DNA of 59,864 bases, filler included, from Porpidia crustulata (taxonomy: Eukaryota): the NCBI GenBank assembly GCA_964255105.1. It is 2 parts of 2 records of this genome, joined end to end, with 100 filler letters (N's around TTAATTAATTAA, not from the genome) between each part and the next. Parts side by side here need not be neighbours in the genome. Positions count along the whole stretch, not along the records: positions 1 to 29,904 come from CAXUWE010000023.1; 1 more part is not named here. One strand, given 5' to 3'. Below, in pieces: positions 1 through 10,156 of this stretch. The stretch's first letter is position 1. Every line of letters starts with the position of its first letter. The position numbers and the translations under genes are program-made. The notes below the pieces were generated by a model that did no database searches, was not told where the DNA came from, and saw nothing but the letters and a program-made list of their open reading frames with translations.

Positions 1-168
1 GTAGTGATCTATATACATTATATACACCCCGAGCTTAGGATTGGTGATTGCCGTTTTGATTCGGGACAGGGAGCAAGGCCGCTTTGGAGGGAGCAGTAAG
101 GGAGCAAGGGGGAGCAGCAAAAAAGCAAAGGGGGAGCACCGAGTGAGTAAGGGGGGGGCATCGAGAAA

Positions 169-212
169 GCAGATAGAGAACAACAATTACACGCATGTTG
201 CACTCACTACGT
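169..212. repeat. 44-bp direct repeat, copy 1 (possible end of an LTR-like or other mobile remnant spanning about 1-212)
   Basis: gcagatagagaacaacaattacacgcatgttgcactcactacgt recurs at 4392-4435 with 42/44 identity. The window start gtagtga is the inverted complement of tcactac at 204-210. Confidence 0.75.
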
Positions 213-1349
213 TTAATATTGCATTGACATCAATCTTCGATCCGTCACCCGTTTCCCACGGTGTTCAACTACGAAGCGGCTACTATGAAATGGTTCCCCA
301 ACATACGCCGCTACCGTGCAGCGAATTTCTGATTTTTGAAACCGCTATTGATGATATTTACACTGCAGATATTCAAATCCTCTGCTTTCCTTCTCCCTTA
401 TCCCGGTTCATGCAGTTGAGGGTCTTGAGGTTCGAGGGGATACAGATCGCAAAAGCCGGAATCCCCAAAAGCCGAAATTACGATGAGCATTGATCAACAA
501 TTGGGCGGCCAAGGTCGCATTTATGATTTGATGACTCGAGCAAGCAGCGAAACACGATTTGATGGCGACAGTATTCAGCGCGCCGTCTTCACCAACGCTT
601 TAATTATCAAATCTCTTTCTTGATCATTTGAACGTCCCCCTGAATACGTGCTTCATTGCCCTTGAGTCCAGCCTGGAGGGGATATGTGAACACGAACATC
701 TGATCGGAGGCTTCTAATTTACCTGGCTGTTATGATTTCCATTCTGGTTTGGCTGTTGATTTCCACGAGGATTGGTCTTTGACAGTTTTGGTGGAGGTAG
801 GAGACATACTGAACGCGGCGCCATACGTCAGCGCCTCCAAAAGTGGCAGGCTTGATGGCATCTTTAGGATGAAAGCTTTTCGACAGTCGGTCAGGAGGAG
901 CAGTATTAACGATATGACCGTAAGCGTCTGGCTCTCCGAAAGTATTCACTGATCAACATGCAGTGACCCCCTTGCTTCCTGCTAGATAAGTGTAATTTGC
1001 TTTTACTCTATATTCTTAGTCCAAGCATCCTTGTATCGATGCATATTTCCCTCTATCCTCTTCCTCTCCATATCCTCTACCTCCTTATTATAAGGAGGTA
1101 TTTTTTTACTCGACTTTTTAGATAAGTCGATTATCCGTTTCCTATCGAAAACTTTCTGTTTATACGGAGGTCGGTATGCAAAGTCCTGTCCCAAGCTTAC
1201 AGGGGTAACGATTAAGGGACCTGATAGGGAGGACACCCCTAAGAAGTTCCTTCTCCTTTGAGGTTCTAGAGATAAGGTCCGGGCACTAACTGGGATATAT
1301 CTGCCTATTGTCTAAGCGACCAGAACGCTTGCCTCGATTGGGTATAAGC

Positions 1350-3821
1350 TTACTCTCTTAACGTGGGACAGGACTTTGCGAGGGTCGATGACAAAAGTCG
1401 TTTCTCATTTCGGCTAAAGTCATCGACCCTCGTTGCGTGCCAACCTCCGTACTTCTTCTCAGTTTCTTCACTCTCCTCATCAGCTTCCTCACTCTCCTCA
1501 TCAGCTTCCTCACTCTCTTCATTCTCCTCATCAATTTCTTCAATCTTCTCCTCGAAAGTGCTCTGATACTTCTCTATGTCAAAGTCGTAGCCGAGGGGTG
1601 TTGCCGGTCCACGGTAATAGAATGTGCCGATGCGCCTGTAGGTGTCCTCAGAAGGAGATGGAGGAGGAACAAGAACCTTTTGCACAAGGATGCCCTCGAT
1701 CTCCAGCACAGGTGTTGTGTCGCGATCGAGCATAGGAATGTATCTCTGTAGCTCGACGCAGTAGTAGTCTAGTATCTTTTCCGTGTACATTTTTTCCACA
1801 TCCGCTTCTTCGAAGTCGTAAGCAATGTACAGCCCTGTTTCGAAAGATTGGAGGATGAATTCCTTCGTGTCCGTACGCTTCAAATGTGTTATACCTGTAC
1901 TAGATGGGAGTTCATAATGGATGTAGCTATCTTCTGTGCTGCTAATCTCTGACAGGTTTCCGAGCTCAATTGCGGGGACAACATTGGCCCTTATCGTTAT
2001 GGAAGAACCTTCCTGCAGTTCCCCGAACGCATCAGGGCTCTTTTGCAAAGCATTCATGCTGACAAGCTGAAATTTGTCGTCTGCGCTGAACTTCTTGACA
2101 GTGCGTGCATCACAACGTCTCCAAAAGATTTCACGCTTGGAAGCCCATGACCACGATGGAGCGTAGTAGTTACCGTCAGTCTGCGTGGAAAGAACGGTCG
2201 CCCAACAAAGACCCAGTGGGAGACAATTGCGCCAAAGTCCAGCACAATAAGGGCCTAGAGTGACTCCTTGCTCTTTAGCTTTGCGAGAGACTTCCTGAGC
2301 AAGCCCGGAGAGGGCCGGAAAGATATCACAATGGAAAGTGAGCTGCAGGTTAGTGTAGACTTGAACTAGCTCGTTCCACTCCTCTACAGGACTGGTTTTG
2401 ACCTCCCAGATGGTTCCTTCTTGTCCGCCTGTACCGCAAACGGATACTTTGTCTTGGATCGTGTGCTGAAACGCTGTTCTGTGAATAGAGAATTTGGAGA
2501 CTGCGCTGCATTGGCATTTCAACTCCGTCTTACACTCAAAAAGCATCTCGAGCGGCGTGAAACGAACAGTTCTAGTCGACAACAGCCGCTCCTGAAAAGT
2601 CCAAGCTCGACGAAGTAGAGGCAACTGATGAAGTAGTGTCAACTGGTCCTCCGGAGACACCCAATTTTCATATATAGTATGAATTTCTTTCATGTTCTGA
2701 ACGAGTGTGCAGATTACTTCATGGATCGTGTTTGCCTCAACTGGATCTTTAATTGTCAATACATGGGACAAGGGCGTTCTTTCTGCGAAGAGTCCAGCCG
2801 AACCATTTTCCGCCGAAGACGCAGCAATCGTCATCAAAGCACCACTGTATATTTGCGCCATCTCTGAAGACTGAATAGCCCAGTCTTCAGCGTCGTCTTG
2901 AATGATACATAACGAGTCAATCCAGAGATAGCGAACATGCTGTCGGTGTAAAGCTCTTGCAAAACCAACTGCATCGTAGAAGGTATGAGGTAGGTAATGA
3001 AGGGGTATACCAGCCATTCGATAGACTTTATTTTCAGTCGTAGTCGTGAGCATCGGTTTGCTCCCCCAGCAATGACTCAACGCCAGGTAATGCCCATGAA
3101 AGGCTTCCGTAGACTAAACGAGTCTGACGCTATCACCACATTCCTGCCAATCTTTCGGCGCACTGATATCTATCAGTCTTTTCGGCCGGTAAGTCCGTTG
3201 TTTGCAACCGGCATGTCGCTTCAAATAACGCTTGAGTTGAAGGCGAACGAACTCGAGGGATTCGTTGGAGTAGTCCTCCCTTGGGACATGTGGCGTCAAT
3301 TCTCTAGGAGGGGCTCTCAGGGGACCCAGCACTTTTGTGCCCTTGTAATCTAAGATGTGTCATTCTGTTCGCCTATTCAACCAAAATTCGCTCATCATAC
3401 CTGGAGGATAATGGAACATGAAATTGAGCTCCGGACCATCAAAGCCCCTTATAGGTCTTACAAGCACAGACAAAGACGTCACGGATGGTTTAAATTGGAT
3501 CTGAAGGTTCTTGTGAAGGGGCCGCTTATCGAAATGCAAGATAGCTAGAGTGAATATTCTGCACCCCAGGCAGCCATTTTCCATCGATATCTTGACATCA
3601 GCCCACAATCTCGTGAATTCGTACAGTTCCAACCCCTTTGGACTCGGAATCTTTGCATCGCGGATGCATTGATAACGACAGACTTTGCAGCCCTTAAGCC
3701 TGGGTTCCAATTCCCGAAACCTGGGCTGCATACGGTCGTTGAAGGCTATGAATTTTTCATCCGCATCGCGATCTCTCAGATACTCAAGGACTCCTTCGAA
3801 TTTCTGCAGATTGCTTTCCAT
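1350..3821 (-). pseudogene. HET (heterokaryon incompatibility) domain protein with an in-frame nonsense codon
   Basis: HET motifs are present: YLALSHCWG, YLWIDSLCIIQDD, IYSGALMTIAA, RAWTFQERLLS, APSWSWAS. Exon 1 is 3821-3401 and the GT-AG intron is 3400-3350. A TAG at 3114-3116 interrupts SVRLV*STEAFHGHYLALSHCWG. The C-terminus carries an acidic 21-bp tandem repeat. Confidence 0.85.
1466..1535. repeat. 21-bp coding tandem repeat (EEADEES) in the HET C-terminus
   Basis: tcactctcctcatcagcttcc x2 plus degenerate copies. Confidence 0.8.
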
Positions 3822-4391
3822 GATTTCGCGAGCGACTACACCGGTTGTAGTGCGTTGACATACCGTCTGCCTTGCGTTTCGATATGTCAGTCGCTCTGTC
3901 GAGCAGCTTTTATGTGACTTTGTAACGACGTCAAAATTATACAGCTCAGCTTAGATATTTCCATCGATAATTGTCAGCTCCAATTGATAATGAAGGGAAA
4001 AAGCAATTTACGCTCCTCAGCTTATCTGCCAACGACTGATGAGGAGGTGGATCATACTACTTATCATTTTATGTCATGGTCTCAACTGGTGATGGCTCTA
4101 TGATAGATCTATCATATCGTAACTTTACGATATGATGTCTCAGCGGACTAGTTCCAATTGGGCCTAGCGCGCTATTTCCTTTTTCTACTGCTTCCGCTGT
4201 AATGTATCGAGTTTAAAGCAATTAAACGACTCCTTCTCCATTCACTGAAAAGGCGTCGGCTAGGAAAATTGTTGGTGTAACTGCAGATTTCTCTCCTTAT
4301 AGAATAGTAGGGCTAGGGCTCACGAGAAAATCCTAGGCTAGATCTAGCCTGATATAGGCTAGCCTAGAAGTAGAGATGCAGATTTTGCATC

Positions 4392-4435
4392 GCAGATAAA
4401 GAACAATAATTACACGCATGTTGCACTCACTACGT
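4392..4435. repeat. 44-bp direct repeat, copy 2 (end of a putative ~240-bp remnant starting tgtaatg near 4198)
   Basis: Matches 169-212 except for one G>A and one C>T transition. Confidence 0.75.
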
Positions 4436-5900
4436 ACAACAAAAATAAGGAAGGGCGACGTTGTCTTGCTCATCGTCCTTGGCAGTGTCATCAAGTTGAG
4501 AACTGCGAGGTCTAGATGCCTGCATGTGGGGTAAGCACGACATAAATCAGGTTAGGCTGCGCCGTATAAGCCTACATGAAATACTGTAGCGCGGCTGAGA
4601 GACATCGCTAGTGTTGCGAATACGCATTTGCACAGCGGACGGGAAAACTTCGGCTAAAGGACTCTTTGTTGAATAACTAGAAGCTGGGAACTGTATGAAC
4701 ACTTCTATCAATCTACCGCCATATACCACCATTGTATAAACCTGAAGAGATGACTCAATTGCCCTTTTAGGCCTTTTTAGGGCACATTGAGTACGTCTTG
4801 TAGCCTGCTTCTATTTCGTACGCGTGGTGGCTGACGAAGAGCTGAGTTCCTTAGCTGCTGCGGCTGACAATCTCCAACAGCTAGAGCTGACTACCAACCA
4901 AGCCAACTAAGCGCTATCGCCTCTTCAATGACCAGTCAGATCAAATTCTTCCGATACCAACGTTTCTCATTCGAGCCAGACCCTACGTCTTTCACCGCGA
5001 CCGTTCTTGTGGCAATAATTGGTTCCGAACTGAGCGCCTTTTCTCTAAAGGATCTATCTGTCACCTGTGCGCGAAGCCCCCTTAATCAGCGACCTCCATA
5101 AGACAGGAGACTTGGGGATCGTGAATACTCTCCTTTTATCGACGTTCTTTTCGCTGATCTTCTGCGTACGGCTTTCCTTGTACCCGCTGAGCTTTATTCC
5201 TTTTGCGTGTGCTCGATTCTCTTCTACTGCTTCTCCTTCCTCGTCGTTCTTATTATCGTTCTTCTCTTTATTTGTTGTCTCAAAGTCTTTAAGACATCGA
5301 CGAAAAGAAAGTGAAGTAAGATTTATTTGACAGATAACTTATGAGCGATGTATATTACGGCGAGTTAAGATATGCTCACGATATCTTGCTTCGATAAAGA
5401 CTATTCGAATCGATTAGTCGACTTATACATATAGTATTTATTGTTATCTTCGTCGACGGACGATACTTAATTAAGAATATACTTTCATTATGCTAAAAGC
5501 AGACTATGTATGCTAAAGAAGTTGAGATAGTAAACCTCGCCGCGCTAGTTATGCAAGATGCTCTGAAATTGCAGGTTGAAGCAAGTCGTACAAAGTGAAT
5601 GGTATTCCTCTCTCTCGATAGGTGAGGTACTGTACGGCTCACAAACCCCTGCAGTCGCTCCCAACAAGTCTTATCAAACAATCGTGGCGGTGTGAGATTC
5701 TGTTACTATGAAGTATATTTGTAGTACAGTATCACTGGCACCTTCCCGGTCCCCTTGGCACTGGACTTCTTCAACTTTTTTGATAGCATCTCTCTCACAC
5801 TTTCGTTGAGAATATCTAAGTCTACTTGTGAGTAAGAGCTGGAGTGCTTAATGCTTTCCCAGAGGGTCCAGAAGGACTAACTAGGACTAGCCAGGCAACA

Positions 5901-8053
5901 ATGGACTCGAATACTTCGGTATTACACACCACCGCCCTGCTCGCAGGCGTGCTTGTGACCCTAGGATACCTGCTGTACCGGGCTGCTTTGCCAAAGCCCA
6001 TACCTGGAATACCGTGTGCTCGATATTCCATCAATCGGCTCTTCGGTGATGTACCAGATGCACTCAAGTACCATGCCAAAACCTCCGAGACGGTTGCGTT
6101 CCTCGCCTCGAGGTGCGAAGAGCTCAAGTCGCCCATCGTTCAAGTCTTTGTGCGGCCGTTTTCTCGGCCCTGGGTTGTACTCGCTGATAGCCGCGAGTAA
6201 GTACGATGGAGCCACTTATAGTGATAAGTTTGGAGAACCTGAAATGCTGATCGTCCAGGTCCCAGGATATAATGGTCCGCAGGACTCGAGAGTTCGATCG
6301 CTCTGGCTTTCACAGCGATCTGCTCGGGGCTGTTGTACCTAATCGTGAATGATCCCGAGTGCATTATGTTTGTTCATTGGCTGATGAGATGGATATAGAT
6401 CGTAAGCATTTCAGATGACGGGTGCAGAAGACGAGCTCACTCTCATGAAAGAGGTCGTCATGCGTACAAACGACCAGTGGCGTCACAATCGAAGGCTCGT
6501 TAATGATGCAATGTCTCCTCGATTTCTCAGCAATATCGCTAGTCAGCAGGTCTACAATCAAGCTTTGAACCTTGTCGAGCTGTGGCGGCAGAAAATGCGA
6601 TTAAGCAAAGGTCATGCCTTTAGTCTACGTGCAGATCTTTCATTATGCACAGCCGATTCTATCTGGGCCACAACGTTTGGAGACGATATCGCTGCCTGCA
6701 AAGTGCAAAGCGACTACCTGACGAGTCTCGATAGCATCAAATTACTCGAAGACGAAGAGGCCTTGGCTCAGTTTCCCGCCAAGCCAAATCCAGACGCTTA
6801 CGCTGCCTGGAAAGCGATTAGTGAGAGCGGTGAAATTCCAATGAACTCTCCACTTGGACGCCATCATCACGTAAGCTCGGCAAAGCAAGATGAAAAAGCG
6901 ACTAACAAGGTTCTCTATAGTGGTTCGCCGTCACCTTCTACCCTTACTTACGCCAAGCCATCTCACTCAAGAACAATATCGTCAAAGACAGGGTCGAAAA
7001 GGCCTGGGAAAAAGCCAAGATTGATAATACCAGTGAATCCAATGCAATCGATTCCATCGTTGATCTCGTCATCGATCGCGAAGTCGCATTGGCCAAGAAA
7101 GAAGGCAGGGTGTCAGAGCATGATTCGAAGTTCGTCTACGACGAGCTCGCTGGTTTCATGATCGCGGGAGTCGATCCTACAGCTACGAATATGGGCTGGG
7201 GTCTGAAGTATCTGGCGAAGCACAACGACGTACAGACCAGACTCCGAAAGGATCTACGAGAGGCCTTTCCTAGCGCTTTACAAGAAGGCAAACCCCCCAG
7301 TGCGAATGATATTACCAAAGCTCGTATCCCATACCTGGATGCTTTTATCGACGAGGTATTACGCCATAGCGGCGGCCAACCAACCAACGTCAGAATCGCC
7401 ATCAGCGACACTGAGATTCTGGGGTATCATATTCCCAAGGGAACAGATGTTTTCATGCTGGTCAGTATACCCCCCAAGCCTCTATCGAGCATGCCCTCTC
7501 CTTCATATGTGCTGGTCATGCCATGACCAGCCTCTTTTGACAAATCCAATGCAAGCTCCAGATACTAATCGCACACACAGACGATGGGCCCGAGCTACAA
7601 GTCCCCCGCCTTGCCTATTGACGAGAGCAGCCGAAGCCAAAGTTCTCGCGAATTCAAAAAAGATAGCGAGAAATGGGCTCATGAGGACCTCGGCAGCTTC
7701 AACCCCGACCGCTGGCTGGTCCGAAATGAGCAAGGCGAGATCGAGTACGATAGTCGCGCGGCTCCGATGCAAGCGTTTGGAGCTGGTATGAGGGCATGCT
7801 ATGGTATGTACTCGGTTGTGTCCTTCATCTGTTTATTGTTTACCATTTTCATTATGGCAAGCCATCAGTACTGTTTCTCACCATGTGCACAGGAAGAAAG
7901 CTTGCGTACCTCGAAATGCGCATCATATACGCGCTTGTGATCTGGAATCTGGAGGTCCAACCTCCGCCGGAAGCTTTGTTCGATTTCAAAGCAGTTGATA
8001 AACTCTCGCATCAACCGCAAAATGTGTATATGAGGTTCGATGTACCGAAGTAG
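5901..8053 (+). CDS. Cytochrome P450 monooxygenase (TRI13/CYP526-like N-terminus), about 6 exons
   Basis: N-terminal TM helix followed by ALPKPIPGIP. I-helix AGVDPT, K-helix EVLR, FNPDRW, and heme motif FGAGMRACYG across a splice junction. Approximate introns: 6197-6258, 6346-6398, 6871-6920, 7461-7580, 7805-7892. Confidence 0.93.
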
Positions 8054-9516
8054 GGGGAGACAACGAAACTGCTCGGGGTCCTTTCGCTTTTCTATCTCTT
8101 TAAAAAATCTTGTAACGGAACACCGCAATAGACTAAGGCACAATGCAGTGTGATTGCTAGAAAGAGAAGATTCTCCCTATAAAACATAGAAAGCTCAAAT
8201 TAGATCAGACTTCACTACTGTTTATGACTGTCTCCCCGTACGCCGCGGTCTCGTACCATACAGGTGCGGTTTACAGTCCTCACCTACTCATCCACATGCC
8301 CTACTATCCCAAACCCTTCAGATCCCCATATCTCGCCCCTGGATTTCCTCTCTCCTCATCTCCCCCCCTTTCTTTTCCACATCCACCTCTTGCGCCTGGG
8401 CTTCTGTTCATGCCTACAGTGCAAGCACGGTCTTGCCGTGACCCGGTAGGTCGAGCTTGTGGAAAAAAGCTAGACTGTATACAGAGGAGGTATCGGGACG
8501 AGTGAGTGGTATAGGAAAGACAAATAGCTCGCTACCGCATAAAAGATGCGCGTCGTCATCAACCGAATGTGTTACAGCAATAATGAATGCCTGGACTAGA
8601 CTCAAGCCTCTGTCTATTGGATATGACTGAGAACAAGCTGGCTCAGCCTCGCCTCGCGACCAGCGGATGTTTAACCCGATTGTATGTTGTCTACCAGTAA
8701 GGAATATCGGCAAATTCCAACATGTAGCCCCAACTTTGCAACATTTCCAAATTGTATGTCACTCCCCAAAGCAGCTAAAAGGTGTCTGTTCAACTCTGTA
8801 TGATTTCGCGCCCAGTCCCTGATTATCGACCTAAATCTTGCTTTGAATCGCTGCCTTGGCAGCTACTCGAATCTTGAACAGCATCTCGAAGAGGTGCTTG
8901 AAAAGCTGCCTACCCCGCCTACCTACCTACCTACCGCTACTTGAGAAGCTGCTTGAGGACTTGGCGAGAATTTTTCGAATTTTTCGGTTACTTGGTTACT
9001 TTGTGTACCGCGACGCGTCGTACCCCTACTATAATTGCCTCTGCGATTACTATTATATACATACTTGATTTTCATTTACCCACACACCTTGTTGAAGAAA
9101 AAAACGGAAATGGGTCTCGCCTGATTTCGCCTGATTTATACCAAAGCCATTTCCATTTTTTTCTTCAACAAGATGCCACAGTACCCTTTCACCTTGTCAC
9201 GATCACGGCTCGGAACAATTAGGGTTAGGGTTCCCGGTGGGGGGAAGGAAACCAAAGCAACACCGACCTCAACCAAAAGAAGAAGAAGAAGTCATGTGAC
9301 AATCCAAGAAAGCCACGGCGCCAAGAGGGTTGGACACCTTGGACAATCGTGCGTGTCCAAAAAGCACAAGAAGTCCGGGGATGGACATCTTGGACATGCT
9401 GAACACGAGGGTATTTCAAAGAGTATGTAGATCTCGAACACTGCGCTCTTAGGTATAGTTTGTGTTCAACTCAATCGTTCTCTATATAATACGGTGACTA
9501 TTAAGGTTGATTGACT

Positions 9517-9585
9517 GGCATTCAATTGGGCATTGAATTGAGCACTGGGTGGCCATTTAATTGGGCATTGGATTGAGCACTGAAT
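9517..9585. repeat. Short tandem duplication (~34 bp x2)
   Basis: cattcaattgggcattgaattgagcactg / catttaattgggcattggattgagcactg. Confidence 0.65.
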
Positions 9586-10156
9586 GAAACAGCAAATTCG
9601 AGTTAAATTTAATCGTCTTCGTGATCGCTTTTCGCTAACTTCTCATCTCGCACCGAGATGGCGACCACGTAGTCGCTACATACTGCTATTGATATCACAC
9701 TGGTTACCCACTGCTACGCCCTATGATCCGTGATACTCATCTCCCGAGAACTAAGACCCTCTTGTGTAGCTCTGAATACACCTATCTACCTTTTTTTTTA
9801 CCTTCTCGCTTGCAATTTTAGCTTGCTCGACAGCTTTTTTCCTGTTTACCTACCTAGTGACGAAGCTGCTTGGTGAGCTGCTTGAAGAAGCTGCCCGGAA
9901 CTATGCTTGATATAGCTCTGTGAATAGCTTCAAATACTTTGTGTCACCCTGTACTGGATGCACTACAGCACACATGGAAAAAACTGCACTGTATTGTCTT
10001 CTAAGCTGTCTTCTACTTGCAAATCTAAGTCTATTGCAAATGCCCCTCTTCTATTTCGCTGGAACAAAGCTAAATCTAGTGTCGCGAAGATCTATGTCAG
10101 AATGCCTCCAACCAACTCAACTCATCACGTTTCACCCGTGACAACACCCTAATCCC

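Noticed and set aside
41..952. ORFs of 150 aa and 76 aa at the window start
   Set aside because: Non-ATG starts, one overlaps repeat sequence, and no recognisable homology.
9217..9232. TTAGGGTTAGGG as a telomere or telomerase-RNA template
   Set aside because: Only two units, internal, and I could not identify a pseudoknot or other telomerase RNA structure by eye.
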